From the NCBI RefSeq assembly GCF_009914755.1, contig NC_060926.1: DNA of 64,000 bases; one strand, given 5' to 3'. The DNA is from the human T2T-CHM13v2.0 reference genome, Homo sapiens. The notes under the pieces were generated by a model. The model was given only the letters and a program-made list of their open reading frames with translations, was not told where the DNA came from and searched no databases. This document shows positions 36,858 through 51,068 of the stretch, piece after piece. A program made the translations under genes and the position numbers. The first letter of the stretch is position 1; the number at the start of each line of letters is the position of its first letter.

Positions 36858-37370
36858 ATTCTAAAAGTTCCACCAAAAAACCTGTTAGAATAAATGAATT
36901 CATTAAAGTTGCAAGATACAATATCAACATACAAAAATTAGTTGTGTTTTTATGCACTAACAATGAACTATCTGAAAAGGAAATTAAGAAAACAATCCCA
37001 TTTACAATAGCATAAAAATAACAAAATACTTAGCAATAAATTTAAGCAAGGTAAAAGATCCTTGCTTAAATACTTAAATAAAATACTTAGCAATAAATTT
37101 AAGCGAGGTAAAAGAACCTTGCTTAAATACTTAAATAAAATACTTAGCAATAAATTTAAGGGAGGTAAAGGATCCTCACTTAAATTTATTGCTAATTATT
37201 TTATTATTTTTATGCTATTGTAAATGGCATTGTTTTCTTAATTTCTTTTTCAGATAGTTCATTGTTAGTGCATAAAAACACAACTAATTTTTGTATGCTG
37301 ATATTGTATCTTGCAACTTTAATGAATTCATTATTACGTCTAACAGGTTTTTTGGTGGAACTTTTAGAAT
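36858..37370. repeat. Long inverted repeat (~190-bp arms) enclosing ~2.7 copies of a 57-bp unit
   Basis: Left arm 36858-37046 is the reverse complement of 37179-37370. The ORF track gives near-identical peptides on opposite strands (36797+ and 37210-). Confidence 0.95.
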
Positions 37371-38636
37371 ATATACTGAATACCATAAATATATAAATAC
37401 TATAAAATATAGAATATATACTGCAAACTATAAAATATTGATGAGAGAAATTAAGGTACAAACAAATGGAAGACATTTTATGTTCATGGATTGGAAGAAT
37501 ACTGTTAAAATGTCCATACTACCCAAAGCAGTTTACAAACTCAATGCAATGTCTATCAAAATTCCAATGGCATTTTTTTTTACAGAAATAGCAAAAACAA
37601 TCTTAAAATTTGTGTGGAATCACAAAATACTCTAAACAGCTAAAGCAATCTTGCAAAAGAACAACAAATCTGGATATATCACACATCCTGTTTTAAAGTA
37701 TATTACAAAGCTGTAGTAATCAAAACAATATGATACAGTCATAAAAACAGATACAATGAAACAGAATATAGAGTCCAGAAATAAACTCACACATATGCAG
37801 CCAACTAATCTTTGACAAGGGGACCAAGAATATACAATAGCAAAAGGAGCCTCTTTAGCAAATGGCGCTTGGAAAGTCGGATATGTACATGCAGAAGAGA
37901 GAAATTGGACCCTTATCTTACACCATATACCCTTATCTTACACCATATACCAAGTGACCACAGTATCATCTCACAAGCCAGAAAACTCTGCTCAAAAGAT
38001 GCCAACTGTCTGCCAATCAAATGAAACAAGATAATTGCTAAGTCCCAACGAGACATTTTAGAACTTGACACACACTGCACAATTCATCTGGAAGAAAAAG
38101 CACATGGTCACCGCAGGGCCTTTCACAGGGCCGGTGAAGAGGAGGGTGGGCCTGTCCTGGCAGATGTGAAAAGGCCACAGAGCTGCAGGTGGAGACAGCA
38201 GAGCACAGAAGGGGCCCCTACGGCAACTAAGAGGCAGGCATATGCCCACCAGGGAAAAGAAATGGATTACTCGATCACGCCCATTGTTTGGGGATAGATC
38301 TAGATAGCTGGCTCTCAAACCTTACACAAAAATTAATGCTAGATTGGTTATACAATTACAGGTTAAGCAGTAATTCATTAAAACGGTGGTGAGAATCTGG
38401 GCAAAGGCTACCCTTGCATACATAAGCCCAGCAAGGGACTGCTCTCTACGCACTCCAGCAAGCCAGGCCCTGAGGAAAGGACACGTGGATTTCACAACAC
38501 GAGAAAAACTTCCACGTGCAAACTGCAAACTGCAAGACAGTTATTTGCACACAAGGCATAGGAGAAGTTGCTGTGCTTTAGAGAGTTCCCATCCATCAGG
38601 AAGAGCAAACATCTCCAATGAAAAGGGACCAGTGGA

Positions 38637-38957
<321 letters not shown>

Positions 38958-39034
38958 TCAGAATGCTTATCCCTGAATTTTAAGATTAAGATGATTTTCT
39001 CATTTTTAAAAATTAGTTGTTAGCATCTTTCTCT

Positions 39035-39285
39035 CATCCAGGCCAGAGCACAGTGGTGCCATCACAGCTCACTGTAGCCTCACACTCCTAGTTCAAGCAA
39101 TCCTCCCACCACAGCCTCCTGAGTAGCTGGGACTACGGTGTGTGCGACCACACCTGACTAAGATCTTTTTTTTAGAGACAGGGTCTATGTTGCCCAGGCT
39201 GGTCTGGAACTCCGGGGCTCAAGCAATCCTCCTGCCTCGGCCTCCCAAGTCACTGGGATCACAGGTATATGCCACCTCCCCCAGT
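39035..39285 (-). mobile_element. AluJ element, degenerate
   Basis: 'cagctcactgtagcctc...caagcaatcctcc...gagacagggtc'. Confidence 0.8.
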
Positions 39286-39541
39286 TATTTTTATCACTCT
39301 TGTCTTTGCTGTCTTCTTTCTTAAATAAGCGTATATTGCATATATAATAAAAAATAAAGCTATATTCATTTGGGGAAATTATGTTGCAGAAAAATATTTA
39401 ATAACATAGATGTTCATGGCCTAGTTCAGAACAGAGAGGATGCTCCCACTTTTAGATACACGTCTGTCTGTGTGCACTCATGCCTGTAGAGATCAGAAGG
39501 ACACACACAAAGCGTTGGCCATGGTAATATCCAGGTGTCTG

Positions 39542-39896
39542 TGATACGCTTTGGATCTATGTCTCTGCCCAAATCTCATGTTAAATTGTAATCCCCAATG
39601 TGGGAGGTGATTGGATCCCGGGGGCAGACTTCCCCATCTGGTGCAGTTCTCGTGGTCATAGAATTCTCACGAGATCTGGCTGTTTTGAAAAGTGTGTGGC
39701 AGCCCCTCCCCTTCCTCCCGCTCCAGCCATGCGAAGTGCCGGCTTCCCCTTCTCCTTCCGCCATGATTGAAGCTGAGCACATGCCGCCATGTTTCCTGTG
39801 CAGCCTGCAGAACCCTGAGCCAATTAAACCTCCTTTCTTTATACATTTTCCGGTCTCTGATATGTACGTGTAGCAGTGCGAGAATGGACTAATACA
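39542..39896 (+). mobile_element. MaLR LTR, MST family (MSTA/B-like)
   Basis: 'tgata..tttgg...cccaaatctcatgtt..attgtaatcccc' start and 'ggactaataca' end. Confidence 0.85.
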
Positions 39897-41048
39897 GTGC
39901 GGATAATTGTCACTTACAGGTTCTTTCTTTTGCTTTGTAGATATTCTCTAACTTTTATAGAATTAAGTGTACCATCAAATAAGTATCCATTAGCAGCTTT
40001 TTCCTTTCTAGCAGAGGTAGTGGAAGCCGGGGGTGCCTACACCCACCCAGCATCCCAGACCCCCCTGAGCAGGAACAGCTCTTGGCGGCAGGGAGCCAGC
40101 TCACACAGTTACGACCCTCCCAGGGGCAGCCTGTGGCTGGTGACCAGCCGATGCAGGGGTACAAAGGCCTGGTCCCTGCGTCCGTTGGGAGCCCCTATGA
40201 AGAGCCACCCAGCGGTCAGCTTGTCCCTCTGCCCAGGCTCACTGCTGACCCCTTACAGAAGCCTTTCCCAGGGCACCCCCAACAAACCCCCAGCATGGAG
40301 CCCATCTTTGGCGAGACCAAGAAAGTCAGTAAAAAAAAAAATCACTGCAGGTGCAGCTGCTTTGACAGCCACAAGCCAGCCTGGAGCGGGGTCTCACCTG
40401 CTTGGCTCCAGCCCCGACACAGGCTCCCACCCCCCACACTCCCAGCTATTCTGCCCTCAGCAGCAAACCCCCATCGTCCTCATCCCTGGACGCTGTCCCC
40501 TTGTCTCCGGGGATGCTGTCGTCCTTCTCCAGGTCCGCCCCTCACTGCGCATCTTCCCCTGCCCTCTCCGTGAATTTCCACGCAGGCCACCCTCGAAGGC
40601 AACACTGCTCCCTGTCATGTGCTCCAGGCCCTCCTTCCTCTCATTCCCAGTGATTTCCACAAACACCATCGTCCCCAGAACACTCAGCACACAGCAGACA
40701 CTCCGTAAGTGCACGGGGAACAAACGAGCACCGCAGACCCCAGTAGGAGCCTTGCACCCATGGGCACCTGAGCAGGGAGTGGAGCCTGCTGCCGTGGGCT
40801 CCTGGCAAGGTCCCAGAACAAGCTCCAGAGACCCAGGAGCTGCCCCCACCGCCATCTCTGCAGCAGGCTCCGAGTCCTGACCCTCACCTGCCTCGTCCAT
40901 CAGGATGGCCCAGGCCATGCCCCATGGGAGGCCAAGCAAGATCAAAGCCAGGGGCAGAGGCAGGCACGGGCTCCACAAAAGCTCTGGGACTTTGCCCAGC
41001 TAGGGGCAGAGCACAGCACAGACTGTCAAAATCACCCCGTGGGGCCAA

Positions 41049-41054
41049 TTTATT
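41049..41054 (-). terminator. ANKMY1: ANKMY1 polyadenylation signal (AATAAA on the - strand)
   Basis: TTTATT at 41049-41054, ~155 nt beyond the stop codon. Confidence 0.8.
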
Positions 41055-41207
41055 GCGAGGTCGCAAGGGAGACACTGCTACAAAGCATGACCCCAAAGGT
41101 GCAGAAATGCCTGCATTAGGCTGGAAGATTCCCTGAGGTGGCTCAGGCAGGTAAGAAACCCACACAGTCCTGGGTCCTCCCCAAGCCTCGGACGTGCAGC
41201 TGCTGCT

Positions 41208-41254
41208 TCACTGGAATTCTTCTCTCCTCCTGGAAACTTGCTCCAGTTGTGTCA
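41208..41254 (-). CDS. ANKMY1: ANKMY1 terminal coding exon (VTQLEQVSRRREEFQ*)
   Basis: Polypyrimidine + cag acceptor at 41255-41256, phase matches the previous exon, TGA at 41208-41210. Confidence 0.92.
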
Positions 41255-41528
41255 CTGGAGGAGGAAAAGGTGTGGGGGAGGGGGAAGAGGGGGCTGGAGC
41301 TGGCCTCCCCCGAGGCCTGGCTCCAGAACTCGGGCTGTGTGGGGCGGCTGAGGACTGTGCTCTGTCTAGAGCTTTTGCAGGCAAGGAGTCGGGATGCAGC
41401 AAGGACTGAGGGCTATCTGCCGTGACTCTTCAAAGAGGGGCCTGCCACACCCACCAAGTCCCATCCTGGAGTCTACAAGCCAAGGAGCTGCGACCTCACC
41501 GAGGGCGCCTGTTATTAAAAGCCCCATT

Positions 41529-41813
<285 letters not shown>

Positions 41814-42535
41814 TTATGGAGGGGGAAGGAGGTCAGCAGCCATTCACTTCAGGGCACAGGCCTAAGGGGGCAGGGGCTTTCCCAGACCCACTCCCGTCCC
41901 CACCAGGCCGGGAACCCAGCCAGGTCCCAGTAGAGCGGTCACCACTGCACAGCTTCGCACACCAGCCTCGGCAATGCCCGCCACCCTTGCGGCACCGGGC
42001 CCTGTTCACACCAAGGAGGTGAGAAGGGGCTTGCGGGAGACCAGAGTGTTTCTAGAAGCAGACACCTGTTGACGTCCACACTAAGACAGACATCTGAGAC
42101 GGCAGGCTGGGAGGAAATTTCCTGAAGGAGCCCCAAGGCCAACTGCCCTGTGGTCCAGAGGCACTGGTGACCAGCAGAGCCCCCAGGTGTCAGTGAAGCC
42201 TCTGGATGTCAGCAGAGCCCCCTAGGAGTTCAGTGAAGCTCCCAGGTGTCAGCAGAGCCCCCAGGGGTCCATGTTCCAGCTCTGCAGGGATGGGGTGGTG
42301 TCCCCTTCCAGGACGAGGACAAGCATTATGCTGCCACAGTAGGTGAGGAAGAGCCAGGCTGCCTCAGTGGCCCCGATGCCCACCTCCCAACAGGCCGATC
42401 TGGAAATGTTGGGAAAGTGGCCTGAATCTGGAGAGATTTTGGGAAATGAGGGTGCCCCTCACCAGCACCCCAGGCCTGCGCCTTCGCCCTCAGCAGCAGC
42501 GGAACCCTTGCCTCCCAGCCTGAGGGCCGACCTAC

Positions 42536-42696
42536 CGATGGCCACCAGGTCCCCGCAGTCCTTCTTGTGGAACTCGGTCCAGGCCTTGGTCTTGCAGTAC
42601 TTGCTGCAGGTCAGGATCCCGTAGCAGCGAGGGCAGGGCAAGAGGCGGACCCCGATGGAGCGGCCACACTGGTAGCAGAACTTGAAGAAGGGAATT
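42536..42696 (-). CDS. ANKMY1: ANKMY1 exon encoding the MYND zinc finger (IPFFKFCYQC...CPRC...CSKYC...HKKDCGDLVAI)
   Basis: 161 nt, AG/GT boundaries, CxxC-CxxC-CxxxC-HxxxC MYND pattern. Confidence 0.96.
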
Positions 42697-43781
42697 CTGC
42701 AACAGAGCCTCACCGTCAGCAGGCGGCCACTCCAGAACCTGCTTCCCCACAAACAGCCGCTGCCTGGGAGCTGTGCCTGGCCCTGAGCTCCTGGGCTATT
42801 CCCCACCGTCCCGCACTGTCCCCTGCATTGGGCAGCCTTCACACACAGACAAAAACCCCCAAGTCCTCGTCCTGAGGATGTTCAGCACAGTGATATTTAG
42901 AATAGGAAACCAACACATTCCGAGCTCTGGGAACCACCTGTGCCCACCAGTAGGGGCTGGTTCAGTGAATGCACATCCATTCAGGAGACCGCCGTGGGGC
43001 CACACACACGATGGTGCGGAACTCCTAGGCACATAGGGAAATGTCTGTGGTACAGTGTTGCATGGGAGAAGTGACTCTTCGAGGGCAGGGCATGGAGGCT
43101 GCCTTTGGGGTGAAACTCTAAGCACCAGTCTCCTCTGCTTTAGGAGGAAAAAGAGCCTTCCTGTCCTGCACCAGTCCCCTCTCCATCACCTCGCTGGGTT
43201 GCTCAGGGTTTATGAGGTGGGGATGCCAACAAGAATAGGGCCTGGTTCCTGCCCTCTCATCTCAGAGGGGCACAAAAGCATGTAAAGAGACTGTTCTGGA
43301 ACAGCAGAGTGAGTGCAGGGTTGAGACTCCAAGGAGAGGCCAGTGGTGGAGGGAGGGGCTAGGAAGGTGCAGGTGTGCAGGCTCTGCCGCATAGCCAGCA
43401 GGCCAGGCAAGCCTCCACAGGACATCTTGCAGAAGCAAAGCCTGGGCTCAAACCCCACTCAGCGGCCGTCTCTGGGATGGGAGGTGGCCACCCTCCTGCA
43501 GGACATGGAACCCCTGTCTGTGACCCACTCGGAGCAGCCCAGGGCAGCTCCATGAGTGTGCCCTATGACTCTGCACCCTCATCTGCAGGGTGCATCATCT
43601 GCACCTCATCTTGGTTGAAGCCCACAGCCTGCAAGCAGGACTTCCTAGAGGAGGCCATGCCACTTGGGGGTCAGATGGCATGGAGGCTGTCCCGGGATGA
43701 GGTGGTCAGGCCAGGCACAACAGCACTGTCCAAACCACAGGCTGCCATCCTGGAAAGAACCCAGCCTGCAGACACACTTAC

Positions 43782-43860
43782 TGCCCCTGCTCCTTCACAT
43801 CCAGGCCCCTGGGCAGGCTGGGGCCCTTCTTCTTCATCCTGTGGCTGGGGATCAGCTCCG
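43782..43860 (-). CDS. ANKMY1: ANKMY1 79-nt exon (AELIPSHRMKKKGPSLPRGLDVKEQGQ)
   Basis: cag acceptor and gtaagt donor. Phases 1 and 2 link the flanking exons exactly. Not called in the ORF track. Confidence 0.9.
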
Positions 43861-44758
43861 CTGCATGAGAGAGGGTCCCGCATTAGTACCCACGTGGCAG
43901 GGTGGGGGCCACCACTGCAGAAGCCACCTCCTTGCGCCCTCCCTGTGGTGCCTGCCTGCACTACTCGGGAGGCGGATAGGGGGAAGCAAGCCTTTGATGG
44001 CTCCATAGTGGGTGCGAGGACGCAGAGCGGGATGTGGACCTGGAGGCGCAGGGCAGTCCACAGGCTCCAGGGAGGGGCTTCACTCTTCAGTCTGCTGCTT
44101 CGCCTGTGTTGTGTCTTCTTTTTAATTCATTTCAAAGTGTTTCAAATTTCCCCTTTGGGTTATTCTTAAACTTGTTATTTAGACATGTGTTATTTTATGT
44201 GAGTTTCCCAAATGTCCTTCTGTTAGTCATTTCTAATTAAATTCTACTGTGGTCAGAGGATATGAAATGTATTATTTCTATTCTCTTAACATGATTAAGG
44301 CATTATGATCTATATACAGTCTGTCCTGGAGAATGTCTCCAGTATGCTTGAGAAGAACACAGGTTCTGTTCCTGTTGGGTAGAGTGTTCTAGAGATCTGG
44401 TAGGTCTAATAGGCTTGTATGGTTCAACTTCCTGTTCCTTGGTGACCTTCTGCCTAATTTTTTGATCAGTTGTTGAAAGTGAGGAGTTGACATTTCTGAC
44501 TATTATTGTTGAGTTATCTGTTTCTCCATTTCTGTGGCTTTTTGCTTCATGTATTTGGGTGTCTGTGATTAGGTGCATATGGGTTTATAATTGTTACATC
44601 TTCATAACTGATGATCCTTTTATCATAAAGTGTCCCTCTTTCTCACCAGTAGCATTTGTAAATCTATTTTTTCTGATATTAGCCATTCCAGCCTTCTTGT
44701 GATTGCTGTTCCCATGTTAGTTTTTCATCCTTTTACTTTGTCTGTTTGTATCATCGAA

Positions 44759-45055
44759 TTTTTTTTTTTCTTTTTGAGACAGTCTTGCTCTGTCAGCCAG
44801 GCTACAGTGCAGTGGCATGATCTTGGCTCACTGCAACCTTCGCCTCCTAGGTCCAAGTGATTCTCCTGCCTCAGCCTCCTGAGTAGCTGGGATTACAGGC
44901 TTGCACCACCACACCCAGCTAATTTTTGTACTTTTAGTAGAGACAGGGTTTCACCGTATTGGCCAGGCTGGTCTCAAACCCCTGACCTCAGGTGATCCAT
45001 CCTCCTCGGCCTCCCAAAGTTCTGGGATTACAGGCGTGAGCCACCGCACCTGGCC
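44759..45055 (-). mobile_element. AluSx-like element
   Basis: Full antisense Alu with 'cctcaggtgatcc'. Confidence 0.95.
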
Positions 45056-45282
45056 TGTATTATTTAATTTATCATGTGTCTCCTGTAAACAGCACATAGA
45101 TGGATCTTGTGTTTTTATCCAATGTGACAATCTCTGCCTCTTGTTTAATCTATTCACATTTAATGTTATTAATGATATCCTGTAGTTGGATTTACATTTG
45201 ATATTTTGCATTTTGTTTTCTATATGTCTCAGAATTTTCCTCTTCCTTTATTCTTCCTTTACTCTTCCGCATCAAGTGGATT

Positions 45283-47078
<1,796 letters not shown>

Positions 47079-47178
47079 CAAGTGGATTATTGTTAATGTA
47101 ATGTCTTAACTTATCCAATAATTTTAAACTATATTTCGAGTTCTTTCCTTAGTGGTCACATCAGCCTTTACCACATGA

Positions 47179-47492
<314 letters not shown>

Positions 47493-48284
47493 TACCATAT
47501 GAATCTTGACTGGTCATAATCAGCTTCAGACCTATACTAACAGCAGTGAGATATTAAAAAGTTATTCCTATATAGGTCTATTTCCTTTTCTGCCTTTTTG
47601 TGATATTATTACACATTACATCTATAAAGGTTATAAATCCAACATTATAAGATTATTACTTTATATAATTTTATGTATTCTAAAGAAGCTGAGAGAAGGA
47701 GAAAATGTATATATTTATAGCTTTGGTTATATCAAAATCATTTACCATTTCTGGATCTCCATTTCATCTTCTCAATTTGAGTTACCACTTGGAGTCATTT
47801 CTTACCACAACAGAACTTTCCTCCTGCCCACTTCCTTTGTACTGTTATTGCCAAATATAATACATTTCTATATGTTACAGGCATACACACATATGCAACC
47901 ACACACGCATGCACACACACACATAATATATAAATTCAATGCATACATATATATATACAAATTGCTTACATATAAATTATTTTTAAATTGCTTTTAAAGT
48001 CAATTAACAAAGAAGAAATATGCATTTATATTCTTCTTTACAATTAACTTTTCCAATGCTCTTTGTTCATGTGTATCATTTAATTCCTACCTTAAGTTAC
48101 TTGCTTTCAAAATACCTTTAGTATTTCTTGTAAGGGAAGGCTATAACAACCAATTCTCACAGGTTTTATCTGGAAATATGTCAATTTCACTTTCATGTTT
48201 GCAAGTTAACTTGCTGGATATAAGATTCTCAGTTAACAGTTTATCTAACTCTGAGCACTTTGTTTTTTGTTTGGTTACTTTTAA

Positions 48285-48415
48285 TTTTCTTTAAATAGAG
48301 ACTGGGTCTCACCATGTTGCCCAGGCTGGTCTCAATCTCCTGGGCTCAAGCAATCCTTCTGCCTCAGTCTCCCAAAGTGCTGGTATTACAGGCATGAGAG
48401 CCACCATGTCCAGCC
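48285..48415 (-). mobile_element. Alu left monomer (FLAM/AluJ fragment)
   Basis: 'agagactgggtctcaccatgttgcccaggctggtctc...ccaaagtgctgg'. Confidence 0.8.
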
Positions 48416-50772
48416 ATCTTTGAGCACTTTGAATACGTCATCCCACTGTCTTGAGTCTCCTCTAACAACCCTCCATTGCATCCTTTTATTATTATTTACA
48501 CAAATATTATTATTATTATTTACACAAATTTGTGGAGCACATCAAAAAGTTTTGTGACATGTATATACTGTGTAGTGATCAAGTTAGGGTATTCGGGTGT
48601 CCATCACCTGAATAAAATACATTTTTGTTAAGTATAGTAATTCTACTCTGCTCTAAAACATTGACTTTATTTCTTCTATCTTACTGCATCTTTGTACCCT
48701 TTAAACCTCTTCTCTTCATCCTACCCACTTTCTCTACTCACCCTTCCCAGTCTCTGTTATCTATTTTTCTAGTCTCTACCTCCATGTGTTCAAAATGTTT
48801 AGCTCCCACATATAAGTGAGAACATATGATATTTGTCTTTTTGTGCCCAGCTTATTTCACTAAGATACTAATCTCCAGTTCCACTTGTGTGGCTACAAAT
48901 GACATGATTTAATTATTGTCTATGTCTGAATAATATTCCATTGTGTATATATACCACATTTTCTTTATCCATTTATTTGCTGATGAACATTTAGGTCAGT
49001 TCCATATCATAGATAGCTATTGTGTATTGTGCTGCAATAAATAGGCAAGTGCAGATACTCCTTTGATATACTGATTTTTTCCCCTTTGGGTAGATAGTAG
49101 TGTGACTGCTGGATCAAATGATAATTTTTTTTTTTAGAAATCTTCATACTGTTTTCCATAGTGCCTGTACTAGTTTACATTCAACCAACAGCATATAAGA
49201 GTTCCCTTTCCTTGGCATCCTTTCTACCGTCTGTCATTTTTTGTCTTTTTATAATAGCCATTCTGACTGATTTGCATTTCTCTGATTATTAGTGATGTTG
49301 AGCTATTCTTTTGTTTTTTTTAGGCATAAGACGAACAGATGAGCATTTTTTCATACACCCACTGGCTGTTTGTACGTCTTCTTTTGAGAAATGTCAATTC
49401 ATGTCATTTACCCAAGTTTAATAGGATTATTTTTTCCTGTTGAATTGTATGAGTACCCTATATATTCTGAATATTAGTCTCCTGTCAGGTAAATAGTTTG
49501 CAAATGTTTTCTCCATTCACCAGGTTCTCTTCACTATGTTGATTATTTCTTTCATTATGCAGAAACTCTTTAGTTTTATTAAATCCCATTTGTCTATTTT
49601 TGGTTTTGTTGCCTGTGTATTTGAAGTCTTAGTCATACCTTCTTTGCCTAGATCAATGTCCAGGAGAATTTGCCCTAAATTTTGAATATTTTTATAGTCT
49701 CAAGTCTTGTGTTTAAGTCTTTAGTCCATGTAGAGTCTATTTTTATATATGGTGAGAGATAAAGGTCCACTTTCATTCTTCTGCATGTGGCTATCCAATT
49801 TTCCCAGCACCATTTACTGAAGAAAGTGTCCTTTCCCCAGTGTATGTTCTTATCAGCTTTGACAGAGATCAGTTGGCTGTAAATATTTGGTGTTATTTCT
49901 GGGTTCTTTATTCTGTTTCATTGGTCTATGTGTCTATTTGTACATCAGTACATGCTGTTTTGGTTACTATAGCTTTGTAGTATATTTTGAATCCAGGTAA
50001 TGTGATGTCTCTAGCTTTGTTCTTTTTGTTCCAGACTGCTTTGGCTATTTGGGATTTTTTTGGTTCTATATGAATTTTAGGATTGTTTTTTCTGTTTTCG
50101 TGAAGAATGGCATTGGTATTTTGATAGGGATTGTATTGACTCTGTATATTGCTTTTGGTGGTATGGCCATTTTCACAATATTAATTCTTCCAACCCATGA
50201 ACATGGGATGTCTTTCCATTTTTTTGTGTGTCCTCTTCCATTTCTTTCATCAGTGTTTTATAGTTTTCCTTATGGAGATCCTTCAACTCCTTGGTTAAAT
50301 TTATTCCTAAGTATTTTTTTGTAGCCATTGTAAATGTGATTGCCTTCCTGATTTCGGTCTTGGCTAAGTCATTATTGTTGTATATAAATGCTACTGATTT
50401 TCTTGTATTTTAGTTTTGTATCCTGCAATTTTACTGAATTCATTTATCAAATCTAAGAGTGTTTTGGTGGAGTCTTTAGGTTTTTCTAGATATAGAATAA
50501 TATCATCAGCAAAGAGGGATAATTTGACTTGCTCTTTTCCATTGTGGATGCCTTTTATTTCTTTCCCTTGCCTGATTCCTCTGGCTAGGACTTCCAGTAC
50601 TAGGTTGAATGGGAGTGGTGAAAGTGGGCAACCTTGTCTTATTACAGTTCTTAGAGGAAAGGCTTTTAATTTTTCCCTATTATGATGATGTTAGCTGTGG
50701 GCTTGTCATATATAGCCTTTATTATTTTAAAGTATATTCCTTCTGTGCCTTGTTTCTTAAGAGTTTTTATCA

Positions 50773-51068
50773 GGTGGGCATGGTGGCTCACACCTGTAAT
50801 CTCAGCACTTTGGGAGGCCACGGCAGGCAGATCACCTGAGGTCAGGAGTTCGAGACTAGCCTGGCCAACATGGCAAAACCCCGTCTCTACTAAAAATACA
50901 AAAAAATTAGCTGGGCATGGTGGCAGGCACCTGTAATCCCAGCTACTCTGGAAGCTGAGGCAGGGAGAATTGCTTGAACCTGGGAGGCAGAGGTTGTAGT
51001 GAGCTGAGATTGTGCCACTGCACTCCAGCCTGGGCAACAGAGCAAGACTCTATCTCAAAAAAAAAAAA
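50773..51068 (+). mobile_element. AluSx-like element
   Basis: TSD AAGAGTTTTTATCA at 50759 and 51069. Confidence 0.95.

Noticed and set aside
39876-40880. 334-aa + strand ORF downstream of ANKMY1
   Set aside because: It begins with GTG inside an MST LTR and has no recognisable domain or splice structure; likely a chance ORF.
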